Shown one piece after another: positions 13,008 to 25,908 of a stretch of DNA of 64,000 nucleotides. Each line of letters starts with the position of its first letter. Within the stretch, counting starts at the first letter, position 1. The notes beneath the pieces were generated by a model. It was not told the DNA's origin. It did no database searches and worked only from the letters and a program-made list of their open reading frames with translations. This DNA is from Azolla caroliniana (Eukaryota > Plantae > Polypodiophyta). Both the position numbers and the translations under genes were made by a program. The DNA is taken from contig JBHGNT010000003.1 of the NCBI GenBank assembly GCA_043228905.1, forward strand, positions 24,552,001-24,616,000. Direction: 5' to 3'.

Positions 13008-13342
13008 GAATAAACATGCACACCAAGGCCAAAAGGCTCCTCCACCACCAACCATCAAGGACACAAATTACTTGGGACAAACTTATGTATCACCGTGGCC
13101 ATGTTTGTGAATCTAGTTGTTTTCATCGAGCAAACGTCATGTGGCATCCTTAAAGCAAAAAATGAACCAATTCGAGAATAAAACATGTACGCCAAGGTCA
13201 ACTACTCCTCCAACACGATCAAGGACACAAACTACTCGGACAAACTTATGCATCATGATGGCCATGTTTGGGAATCTAGTAGTTTTCATCGAGGAAGATG
13301 AGTTATGTCATGTGGCATCCCTTAAAGCAAAAATGGACCAAT
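13008..13342. repeat. ~165-bp tandem duplication
   Basis: AATAAA(A)CATG..CCAAGG..CTCCTCCA..ATCAAGGACACAAA..GGACAAACTTATG..GGCCATGTTTG.GAATCTAGT.GTTTTCATCGAG..GTCATGTGGCATCC..TTAAAGCAAAAA occurs twice. Confidence 0.8.
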
Positions 13343-14485
13343 GTGAAGAAGGCAAAAGAGAAGTGAATTGATAATCGGTCTGGCATATGTTAACATACCC
13401 CTAATGGCATGCTTCATGTGCCTAATAACAACGAGATCACATTGCATCTGATGTTATTGGCTCAACTACCTGATATTTTGTACCTACAACCTTCGAGCTA
13501 CAATCAGAAAGAAGTAACATGAGTCAAGTTGAGGATACGAACACCCTTTCGTTTTGTAAATATGTAGGGTGACATCACGGGATTCCACGCTTGGGGTTGA
13601 TGACCAAATTGGAGGTTCTATGGTAGTGAAAGGCTAAAGCCAAAAGTCGAAGAATAACATACTCTTAGAGAAAAGCCACAATGTGTTTAGAGTTTAGACA
13701 ATACTTTTAGATAAAGTAAGTGTGAGCAAGTTTAGAGAATACTTTTAGATAAAGTAAGTGTGAGCAATTTTAGCAAGATAGTTGTATTCCATTAATAATG
13801 AAAGACAAATAGAAAAGTAGCTAGATTGTTGCATCAATGAAAGTCAAATAGAAAAGTAGTGAGATCATAGCATCAATGATTTATGGGCTCGTCATGAAGT
13901 AGTATATGTGATATGGACTCAGGGCTAATCTAGAAAATTCTCCGAGCAATATATGACTGACTTATTTTTCTACACGGTGACGTATGAGGATTTTTTATTA
14001 GATCTAATTGTGCGCATATCACTATGTATTTAAGCTACAAGAGACATTCCTATGCCAATCATTTTCTTTTTCAAACTGTCAGATAAAACTGAGGATGCCC
14101 TTGGAAGACAATACATTATGTTGAGTATATTTTTATTACGGTCATTAGATATGTAGATCTCAAAAGACCTTCCTTACTTAAAACGAAGGAGTGATGAGGA
14201 TCTTGATTCCATTTCAACCTTTGTAAGGTGCAAATGAGCTTATCAACTGTTAGGCCTAGATGAATATATATCAACATATACATTGATTGAATCAACATAA
14301 ACGTAGAGAGAGGTTCAAAGTAAAAGTAGCAAAAATTTGGCATATATTTATGTAAATGAGCTTATTGACATTCAACCATTTACGGCAAATTCAACAAAAA
14401 CCTGGAAATCTTTATTAATGAATGTTTTCTAATCTAATATTCAAATGTATACAATATAACCACACAACAAATGTATTCAAATATT

Positions 14486-14830
14486 CTGATGCAACTGAAA
14501 GAGCTCGGTCAAAGTTCCTACTGAAATGGGGTAGTTCTTCTATGGTGGGCATATCATCATCAAGGTCTGAATGGAACTACCAAGCACCCCGATGGTTGTT
14601 TCCCCCAATGGCTTCCATCAGTGCCTAAGTGCTATAACTATGTATAGATATGGTACAAATTACTAGGTTATAGGAGTTGTGGATACTTTTGTTGTAAATG
14701 AGGTGGGGACTATGTCCACTTTGGTGAGAAGGCCAGAGTGAGGGTTGCTGAAGTTTTGGTGGTCTATGATGTAATTGTTTGCTAACTAATGCGAAGTAGT
14801 GTTTTCTTTGGGAAAAAAGAAAAGAAAGAG
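14486..14830 (+). mobile_element. 5'-truncated L1-type LINE 3' end with A-rich tail
   Basis: Encodes SDATERARSKFLLKWGSSSMVG..EWNYQAPRWLFPP, similar to 28640-28975 and homologous to the C-terminus of the L1 ORF2 at ~56100-56220. Confidence 0.7.
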
Positions 14831-16723
14831 AAGGTATATTTAGCCAACAATAATTACAAAAGCGTTTTTTTTTTTTTCGAAATAGATATGACATTAGTAC
14901 ATAAAATACTACATACATGTAATTATCCCTTTTTTTATCATGTGTAAGTCTTAGTTATTGACTCAAATAAATACTTGGTGTAAACAATACGGAAGAAAAT
15001 TTTGCAAAAAATATTTTCTAATTTGATATTGGAATAGCCACGATGACACAAAATCTTGTTGAATGTCGTTTGATATGATTGATTTGCTTTCTAAGATGGG
15101 AATTATCTCTATGAAAAGGGTTTGGTTTCATTTCAAAGTGATTTCCCTTTCTCTCTCTTCTTACCCTAGTCAAGTTATTATTGCTTAATTGTGGTAGCCA
15201 CCTTCGGCATCATATTTAGACCTAGACATAGTTGCCATCATTATGTTATTACCATTTCTTTGTGGCAGTGACCTTCGACATCATATTTGTCATCATTATT
15301 GCCTTGATCCCACATATTCGTTGTTATTGGCATCATGTGGTTATACCTTGATTCTGCTTAGTCGTTACCTTAATCGTTGTTTTGAGTCGTTTGGATAATA
15401 TTAGTTGCAAGATTGTTGCCATTTTGCATCTTATGTTCCTAGTGCTTTGGTCTGTGAAGCCTTGCAACTATTGATTCGTAATAGTACTTTGAAAAAAAGA
15501 AACAACATATGCATTCATATTACGACATCAAGCGTGAGTGATAAGTAGCAACACATGCATACACTTTCATAGCATATAATGCACCTCCTTTACAAGTCAA
15601 GGAGGAGAAAGGAAAAAACATATTTAGTAAAGCTTTAATATTGACGAGATTAATACTTCCATATGATATTCCATTGAGATGATGTCAATGAAGCACAAAT
15701 GTATGTGAGGAAGGTAACGAAAATCATCAAAACAATTGAAGAAAACTTAGAACATGATTGGGCTTTCTTGTGTATGTATGAGGGAATATGAGTTTGCTGA
15801 ATTCATCAAAGTGTTGCCAAATGATGCAAAATGCAATACAAGTCACAACCAAGCAAATTAGCAAAGGTGAAGGGGACCTCAAGTCCCTAGTGCTAATTAG
15901 TAGTTATGAACTTGACTGACACAAAAAATAAAACTTTGGAAGAGGAAGAGGTAAAGGGCTTGAGAATCTTGTGGAAACTACCATAATGGTACTAAAGGAC
16001 ATGAGTGTAATCAAAGTACAAGACTCCAACCATCCGCAAGTGTAAATGACGAGATCTTCGGCGGGAGGGAAGCCCCAAAAGAAGTTAAGAGGGCCTATAC
16101 CACCTGCCTACCCTCTAAAGGCGGACATAATTGAATGGATTGGTGGAGACAAGGAGAACCTTGAGGCATCAAAGTTGTTTACGAACTAAGTGATAACAAA
16201 AATGAAGAATTAGAAGACGAAGAGCATGAGACTATGTTTATAAAGTGATAAATGTGGTTTAGGGTTTAGCACAACAAAGCCCACTCACGAAGGAATGATA
16301 GAGAGATAAGGAAGCGAAGGCAAGTTATTACAAGTAACACAACTGTAATGCTTTAATTAGGTTCAACTTTTTCTTGGGCATATAAAGGTTTAGATCACAA
16401 TAGAGAAGAACCATCAACACCATGCTTTATTTTCCACCGAACATATTTAATACTTTAACTTAATATCATTTAACTAACATTCAAAATTTTGTGATTTTTA
16501 ACAAATTTTTCAATATTGCCATTAATTGGCCAACTTACGATTCACTACGTTTGGGATGGTTACACTAACTCTAACATTATGTCAAATATTGTTGTCGCGC
16601 AAATGCACGTGTGTGTCTACCCGAGTGGGACCGGGGAGGATCTTAACCCGGTAGAGTGTGATGTCATGTGTGAAGACTTAAAACCTCTTCGTGGTCTATC
16701 TCCTATAAATTCCCATTTATGTG

Positions 16724-19700
16724 TGTTGAGAGTCGAACTCAACTTCCCATAGTAGTAGGTTTCACACTAACTCATGGACATACCATGCTAGTTTTGTAAA
16801 TAGTAGAAAGGGCACTTACCCTGGCTTAGTTGGTATTTAAACCAACCCCTTGTAACTTAGTTACTATTGGAAGTATTTTGGTTGATGTATTATACAGTCT
16901 TTTATCTCTGTCTTAAGCTCTGTCTCTCTCTGTCTCTCTCTATTTTGCCTTACGTGCATACACACACACACACACACACATAGTCCTTCTGCTACATCTC
17001 AGCCACTCTTGCTCCTCATTTTATTAACATGGTATCAAAGCAAGTGGTTGCTTAATCGAATCTATTCAACTGTGTTGTGGTACACACCGACGATCAACAG
17101 AATCGGCTCATCAACAGAGAAGAAATCAACATAATGAACACTCAGATGGGAAGCGCTCTTCCTACTAACAAGCTTGAAAGAACGAACTTTGCATCTTAGG
17201 AATACAAGATACATTAATACCTTGTCGGACAAGGTTACTGGAGCTACATGAAGGAGCTCACGAAACTCAACCCAACCCAACACACGCCGATTATCCCGCT
17301 TGGGAGCAGGCCGCAAGCCGTGTGTTGTATTGCCTTGCATCATGCGTTCATGATCATATGCTTGGCTATATTCGAGATTCGAAAACACCGAAAGAAGCTT
17401 GGGGAAACCTCAACAAGATTTTTGCGCCCAACACGGTTGCACGAAAGCTGCAACTTTGATAGGAACTAAACAACATGCAACAGAGGGACATGTCGATCAC
17501 AGGCTATACCTTAAAGATCAAAGAGTTGTGTGATGACCTCGGTTCGATTAATGTCGTAATCGACGATGAAGAGATGGTGCAAATATGCCTCGGCGGCTTA
17601 GCACCCCGATTTGGCTCGATTAGATCGGCCATCCTTGCAAGGGAGAACCCTCCTTCATTTTTCAATCTCCAATAAATATTGTTGGTTGAGGAAAATCATG
17701 TCCGACAAAGGAGCAACACACCAGAGGGTCATATGCTCTACTCCCAATCAGATAATAGAAGAAATTTTGGTCGTGGAAATAGAGGTCGATTCGAACAAGG
17801 CCATAATGGTCGGCAGACTCACGAGGTAACTCCCACCAATGGCAAGCGGACAAGAACGGTCCTAGAGAGTTCGACAGAAGGGGGAGTCATCACGCTGGAC
17901 CAAGCAATTGTAATACCCCGATCAAATGCGGGTACTGTGGAAAACACGACCACTATGAAGAGGAGTGCCAGAAAAAGGTACGAGACTCGGCTTCAACTAG
18001 CCGACAGCTCACGAACTACACATCGAATTCCGACTACGACTATCGTAGCGGAATGTTTACAAATTACGCCAAGAATTTCGACTACGGCGACGTGGCGGAA
18101 TGTTCGTAATGAGGCACAAAGCACACTCAATGTCAGCACAGGCCTCAACTAGCACCTCCGCCTCAAATAACGTATGGTTTGTTGACTCAGGAGCATCCAA
18201 CCACATGACGTCTCATGAAGATTGGTTTCGGGAATTACGAAAACCTGAACGACCCGGATATGTCGAGACAGGAGATGACACGACTCATTGAATACAACAT
18301 ATCGGGAACGTCCCATTCAGAAACAATGGCAAACAAACCTATCTCAAGAACGTACTACATGTCCCTACCATCACGAAAAACCTAGTTTCGGTCGGCCAAA
18401 TTGTCGAACAAGGAATGCACGTACGATTCAACAATGACGGGTGCTTCATCGAAAGGGGCGGACAAGTCGTAGCCCACAGTCGACGAGAAGGCAGTATGTT
18501 TATCCTCGAATTGAACGAGGTAAAGTTAGCCATGTTCACAAAGGGCCTTAAAGTCGAAACCAACATAAATATGTGGCACAAGAGAATCGGTCACATCAAT
18601 CTCCAAAAACTCTAGAACATGCAATCGAAAGGAGTCATAATCGGACTCCTTAATTTTATGGCAAAGGAGGTTATGGGCATATGTGAAGCATGCCAGTTCG
18701 AAAAGCAATGCCGACATCCATTCTCGAAAGAGCGAAATGTGAGCAAAGGGATCCTGGATGTCGTACATTCTAATGTATGGGAACCGGCCTAGACAAGCAC
18801 ACTCGGCGGATGCCAATATTATGTCACGTTCATCAACGACTTCTCTAGGCACATCTGGATCTACCTGATGAGATAGAAGAGCGAAGTGTTCGAACACTTC
18901 CAGAGGTTCAAGGTCGAAGTCGAAAAAACTACAAGTCGGTACGTACGTTGCCTTCGATAAGATGGAGGCAAAGAATACTTTTCAAATGAGTTTACGGCAT
19001 ATCTCCGAAAGGAAGGAATCCGACAAGAATTCTCATGTCATCACACACCTCAGCAGAACGGTGTAGCCGAGCGTAAAAACCGACACATAGTAGAAGTCAC
19101 TTGGGCTATGATGAATGAGAAGAACCTGTTGAAATCGTACTGGGCAGAAGCGGCGAACACGGTTGTATACCTCATGAATAGGTGCACAACCTTAGGAGTA
19201 CACGACGTAACTCCTCATGAGAAGTTCTCTGGAAAGAAGCCGGACTTATCACATGTCCGCATTTTCGGCGCAATCGCTTACGTACATATTCCTGACGATA
19301 CGCGACAAAAGCTCGACCCGAAGTCGGAGAAATGTATCCTAGTAGGATAGTCACTCGAACAGAAGGGATATAAATGCTACAACCCATCTATCCGAAAAGC
19401 TCGCGTAAGTGGAGATGTCGTTTTCGCCGAGTCCGCATCCTAGTACGCACCAAAAAGAACTTCGACTCTGACTCCGCTCGACCCGGAATCCACCGAAATG
19501 GAGATAGAAGCTGAAGATCAGCTCACGCGCATGTTTAAAGAAAGCCTGATTACGACACGGCTTAGTGAACCACGGGAGCCCCCGAGTGACCAAAGCACAT
19601 TTCAACCGAGTCCGAAACTCGACAAAGGGAAGGCGAAGATGTCCGAATATGAAGATCCAATCGACAACGTGTCAAACTCACTCCCTTGACAGTCAGTTCA

Positions 19701-21770
19701 AAGACCTGGACATCCCAATCATCTGGATAGATGGAGTGAAGAAAGCCTTAGTATCCGCAAACAAGAAGCTCCGTTGATCGACCCGTGAAAAGAACCCCGT
19801 AAGCCGTTTCGGCTACAACGATTATGTGGCGTACCATTACGCCTTCATGATGAAGGTAGCGTCAGTACGGGAGCTGGAGACGCTTTCTGAAGCCGTAAAG
19901 GATCCGCGATGGGTCGATGGGACGAATGAGGAAATGGAAGCATTATGCAAAAACGAGACATGGGATCTTGTCTGTCACACGCCGCACAAGAAAGCGATTG
20001 GTTGTCGACGGATTTACAAAGTGAAACACAATGCTGACGGCTCCGTAAATTGCTTCAAAGCATGGCTCGTTGCGAAAGGATACACACAAACGCACGACGT
20101 AGACTACGAAGAGACCTTTGCCCCGATGGCAAAGATGACCACCGTGCGGACTGTAATTTCTCTTGCAGCCGCAAAAGGGTGGCACCTCCACCAGATGGAC
20201 GTGAAAAACGCCTTCCTCCAAGGAGAATTAGAAGAGGAAGTATATATGATTCAACCACCCAGATTTGAATTGCGTAGTCATCCGCACGTCGTATGTCGGC
20301 TCAAGAAGCCACTATACGGCCTCAAACAAGCACTCGAAGATCACACAATATCTTCATAAGATCGGATTAACAAAGTCAAATCACTTCTCTCCGGCAGATT
20401 CGAAATGAAAGACCTGCACGAGCTCCATTACTTCCTAGGCATTGAAGTAATTCGAACACCAGTTGGAATAATGATCTCTCAACGGCACTACGTTCTCAAC
20501 TTGCTCTACAAGTTCGGAATGACCGAATGCAAACCTGTGTCCACTCGATCATAATCTCAAGTTTGATGTTGATTCCGGCACAACCGTGTGCAAGTCAACT
20601 CAATATCGTCAACTAATCGGCAGCTTAATCTATCTCACCATTACGCGACCCGATCTCAGTTACTCGGTTGGCCTACTTAGCCAATTCATGCAGAATCCGT
20701 GAAACCTTCATCTCGATTGCACTAAGAGGATACTCCGGTATGTCAGTATTACGATGGATTACGACATTATGTATAAGTCAAATACGACCATTCGACTCGA
20801 AGGATACACAGACGCGAACTGGACAGGTTACAAAATGGATAGACGATCCACATCCGGATTCGTCTTCTCCCTCGACAACAGAGCGATCTCCTGGAGTAGT
20901 AAGAAACAGCTGACAGTTGCACTGTCGAGTACGGAAGCCGAATATAGGGGCGCGACAGTCGCCGCATGCGAAGCCGTATGGCTCAAGCGCATACTAAAGG
21001 ATCTGGGCGTTCCCATTACGGATCCAATTCGCCTCTTTTGCGACAACATGAGCAACATCTACCTCGCTTGGAACCCTGTCTTCCACGGGCGGACTAAACA
21101 CATCGAAGTGCACTATCACTTCATCAGCGAGCGAGTACAGGCCGGAGAAATCGATCTACAACATATCAATATGCACCTCCAGATTGCTTATATTTTTACG
21201 AAGGCCTTAGGAGTCGACAAGCTCGGGCAATTTGCATCGGACCTTGGCCTCACGACATCCACATTGTCGAGCTTGAGGGAGAGTACTACAGGCGACACGC
21301 GCACTATACGCAATTGATCGAGTACGCAACACGCAGTTAATCGAACCGAGCACAAAGCCGAAAAGCCGAAAAGCCGAACAATCTAGTTCGAGGATTACGA
21401 ACGTCGAAAGCCAGATTCCGAAGACCGAACCGAAACAACTTTTCGACGGATGGAAGTTGTGTTCGAAGGGGCGCGTTGATAGTCGAACTCAACTTCCCAT
21501 AGTAATAGGTTTCACACTAGCTCATGGACATACCAGGCTAGTTTGTAAATAGTAGAAAGGGCACTTACCCTAGCTTAGTTGGTATTTAAACCAACCCCTT
21601 GTAACTTAGTTACTGTTGGAAGTATTTTGGTTAATGTAATATATAGTCTTTTATCTCTATCTTAAGCTCTCTCTCTCTCTCTTTCTCTCTGTTTTGCCTT
21701 ACATACACACACACACACACACAGTCCTTCAGTTGTATCTCAACCACTCTTGCTCCTCATTTTATTAACA
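16724..21770 (+). mobile_element. Full-length degenerate Ty1/Copia LTR retrotransposon (Copia-1)
   Basis: LTRs at 16724-17029 and 21474-21770; TSD ATGTG on both sides; PBS TGGTATCAAAGC (tRNA-iMet type) at 17030; fragments in gag-PR(WFVDSGAS)-INT-RT-RH order with many stops and frameshifts; PPT before the 3' LTR. Confidence 0.95.
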
Positions 21771-22789
21771 ATGTGAAATGGTGCTTGCTAGAATTTGAGG
21801 CTATTCAAATTTCAAACTTGGGGCTCGTTGGAGCCAGAGGCTCGTTTATAGTGGAGGCTTGTTGGAGAAGGAGGTTCCTTGGAATAAAAGGCTACCTAGA
21901 ATCATAGACAACTTTGAATTGGAGTCTCCTTAGAATTGGAAGCTCACATTTATGATGCATTAATAGATTATGAAGTAACTATGTGTTTTTTGCAATGACA
22001 ATGTATCACAAATTGGGAAAGATGTGGAGGCTCACATTTCACACATTATAATGCACACGTAATTACAAAACTATATTATTTTCTAGGATCGGAAATGACA
22101 CTTATATGTTAGATTATGTAGATCCCTTTGTCCCCTCTCTACATCATTGCCTCAATATGACTTAGCTCACATTCTTTTCAATGTGTGGTGGGGTACTAGG
22201 GCATAATTGAGGAGTCTCATCAACCATGCATATTTTCCCTTGAACCACAAATACCAAGCATCATGTTTTGTTATAATGTACTGCATTTAACTACATTAGA
22301 GTTTGCTTTTCCACACATGGTCAATGTGCTCCACTCTTGAAGCAATTCATCCGATCATATTCTAATAGTTTTATGTTAAAGCCTTGAAAATTTTCACTTG
22401 ATTTGATGATTGTCTTTTATGGTTTTTAAGAAACTTGGGGATCTTTATGTTGTGGAAATTTTTCTTTTACCGTTATTCACTTTCGCTTGATTTTTAGTAT
22501 TTGAGCACAAGATTACAGATATCCATTCTAACGTGCTCTTAGCTTGGCAAAATGATGGCATACTTTTGCCAAACCCACACCCTCACATTGATAAAAATGA
22601 AAACAGATATTGTTTTTCCGTGGTTATTATAAAAACACTCAAGAGCATTATGGAGCTCAAACTTTATATGTTTTATAATCTTAGATTAAAATTTCTTCCA
22701 TGCCACGTTAGTGTTAATGAGACATACTTCTTAATATTAAGATTGAATGATATTATGTGAGGAACTTCGGAAACTTTGATTTGATACTA

Positions 22790-24580
22790 AATTCTTAATT
22801 ATTTGTAGCTAATTTGTTAGAAAGAGAGAAATTTGCTAATATTCAGATGCAAATTGGATATGTTACACAAAAGTGGATGGGTTTATTTACTCCATCGGAT
22901 GTTTTAATTGGAGTTAAAGCCTATATTGGGGAACAAGAGTGCATGATTTTTTATGTACAAGATGATGGTAGGTTAATCTTTAGACTTAAGGAAAATAATT
23001 CGTCTAGGTTTTGTTTGCATAAAGAATTGAGGGTGATTGCAAATGATGGATCAAATTGGGTCTTAGACTCAGATCCTCAAAAGGTGAAATTTTTTGGAGG
23101 ATTTGGACTATGGAAAGGAGACCAATATCTAGATTAACTTGGGATCCTGGAGAACTGTATTGGAAGGTGTGGGTGCAAGATCACATAAAATATCTGCCTT
23201 TCTTTCAATATTTTGTGAAGATTGGTAAGAAAATATTAGGTGCTAGATCATGGAAAGAACCAACTACAAATGTTTTTTGGAGACGAAATGAACTTTCTCC
23301 ACAACATCTCAAACTATTTTGGAAATGGCTATGGAGTATAAAAATGAGTATGAAAAATGTTTGTTTCTGATTGTTGTTGGTTCATAAAGTTATACCTTAA
23401 TGGGTGGCAAAAAGGAAATGTAGACAAGATGTGCCCTTTCTGTATGGATTTAATATAGATTGCTAAACATTTGTTTGTGGAGTTTTGGTTTTGCTATGGA
23501 CATATGGAAACGAATCATAAAATTATTAACTCCAATATGGGCGGTGCTACATGATAAACCTATGGTATATGAACATGAGGAGGTTGCAAATGCTATTGTG
23601 ATGAGATATGGTTTGATGGAACATTTTTGGATCCCTTTGAATCCACAAATACAAATTGATAAACCTCAAATATGGCAATTGGTAAGTAGTATTACAATTT
23701 GGTATATTTGGAAGGCTCGATGTTTGAAGGTATTTCAAAATGTGACTGAAAGACATGCCCAAATAAATTCGGGAATTTGGATAGAGATTGTGCATAATCT
23801 CGTAGGGTTGTTGGATAGTATAAAAGGTAATACGCACCAAGCGGAGCTTAAGCTTTGGACTTTCATGTCATCTAGGACATAGGGATCGGCAACGGCTCGG
23901 CTCAAGCCTAAACCGGTTTTTAACGGCTTAGTGGCTCGGCTTAGGCTTGAGCTTGGCTAAACGGTTTGAGCTCAGTTCGGCTTGGCTCGAGCATGTATAC
24001 TACATAATGGATTGATTTGTGGGAGGAAGAGAGAGAGGTTCATAGAGACAAAGCCGAGTGAAGAAAGCTCATATTAAGATGGCTATGGTGGCAAGGCCTA
24101 GGGCAAGCCATGTCCATGTGCTAGCAAGAAAGGTGTCTTGTAGAATCAGGGAAATTGGCATGCATGTCTCCATAGCCATCATATATTTGTATCTGAGATG
24201 GTGATGGTGGTAGTGGTGTTGATGATGATATTAGAAGTTGAGGGGAAGAAAAATAATGGTGAGCTTCCCAAACCGGTTTAGGGATCAATTTGGTTGAGGT
24301 TTGAGAACCCTAAAACGGTTTAGGCTTAACCGGTTTGGCTTGGATAAGGTCAAAGTGGTTAAGCCTAAACCGAACCGTTGTCGATCCCTACTGGGATGTA
24401 GGTGTATTTTATAGACAGCTTTATGATAAGGTGGAGTTGTTTTACTCATCACCAAAGTATTTATTTAAGATGATGGTTAGAATTTAGAAAAATACAGAGG
24501 ATTTGTGGTATAGCTTGTATGGATAGCCTTATATCGTTTTCTAATACTAATGTAGTATCTTTTTTTTGGAAGAAAGGAAG
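22790..24580 (+). mobile_element. Degenerate L1-type LINE 3' portion (zf-RVT region) interrupted by a hAT MITE
   Basis: ORF fragments LFWKWLWS, WYIWKARCLKVF and LDSIKG. The same 3' end recurs at ~61445-61860 on the minus strand. Confidence 0.7.
23880..24390. mobile_element. Non-autonomous hAT element (MITE)
   Basis: TIRs TAGGGATCGGCAACGG / CCGTTGTCGATCCCTA; subterminal AAACCG and GGCTC repeats; decayed 8-bp TSD CTAGGACA / CTGGGATG. Confidence 0.9.
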
Positions 24581-25047
24581 AAAGAAAGAGACAAATTTGA
24601 ACATAATGTAATATATTGTAGTTAGTTTTGTGTAATGTATCATTATTAATTAAATTGATCATCTTACGAGTTTGAACCATAGAGTATCCGTTGTTTGTTT
24701 TTGAAGAATGTGAAAATTTATAACTTGACAACACTTTGGACAAATATCATTTAGTTGCATAGAGAGAGAAAATAACAAGTCAGCGAAGCTAACAAAATCA
24801 AAACATTTGATGCAAAACTCAAATAGCTCAACGCATGAGTAGCGATATCGACAATCCTATAAACTTATTCCAAAGGTTGGTATTTGAAATTCAATTCCAT
24901 TTATTATGTGCATAGATATATGCATACATCCAGCTTTCCAAACTGAAATTATAGGTTGCATAACGAATACATTCAAAAGTCATTAATATAGTAATGCAGA
25001 ACCATTGTCGAGTAGTTTAACTTGAAAATTATGCTTACATGTATTCT

Positions 25048-25908
25048 TTAGGAAATTCTGCAAAATAAGTAGAACAACCACATTAGAAAATGCCATATGA
25101 AATATAAAATTCATGAATCTACTTGCTATTTGTATACATATACAGACTTTTATATGTAAAACCTAGATGTTATGTGTAGAAATCTATATATAGCTAACAT
25201 AATTTGCCATCCGATATAAAAGGGACTAAGTGTTATCTATGTAGAATTATCTCTATACTGCAATAGTAGTACAAATGGTAGAATCTCACCGTGTTGTTTT
25301 GGGTCATAAAGTCAATATTTGAACATGTGAAGTTTTATACACTAGGGTAGGAACCTAGGGGAGATAGGCTTACATCAACCAAAGCAACAAATATTGTGTA
25401 TCATTTGTAACCTCGAGGATATAAAGGTGTATGAAGCAAAATTATTGTGTGGTTGCTATCAAAGTTCTATGTATAATATTTGAATATATAGCTACAATTC
25501 TATTCAAAAACTCATTTTGTTATCCATTGAGAGAGAGTGAGAGAGATACAAGTTGCAATTAATGTCCGCGCTTATGGTGTAGCCAAGTGAGACACCACAT
25601 TCAGAAGGGAGGGTTGCAAGTTTGGAGATGTATTGTGAGGAGATTGAGGATATCTCATTCTTGAGGCAATCGCATGCTGCAATGTGGTTTGCACGAGGGT
25701 TTTGCGTTTGTTGTTGAAAGCTTTTGACGCCAGAGCAACAAGAGGCGGAGGGTGATGTTTCAGATCCAATGACATAGGCCACACAAGGTGCCAATGATAA
25801 AACAAGTGAATTACAATCTATTGCTGCCATCGCCACCTCAATCTTCACAGACACACTTATGACCAATACTAACACCACAAAAAGATGGATCGATGCCCCT
25901 TTCGTCAT
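25048..25908 (-). CDS. LTP: Non-specific lipid transfer protein, type 1
   Basis: Signal peptide plus 8-cysteine motif (C..C..CC..CXC..C..C). Exon 1 is 25908-25550, with a GT donor 5 nt after the last Cys codon. Probable 10-nt coding part of exon 2 at 25057-25048, after TTTTGCAG, gives ...NCNLIS*. Confidence 0.85.

Noticed and set aside
15540-16400. Purine-rich, coding-like stretch, possibly a transposase relic
   Set aside because: No identifiable motif after manual translation
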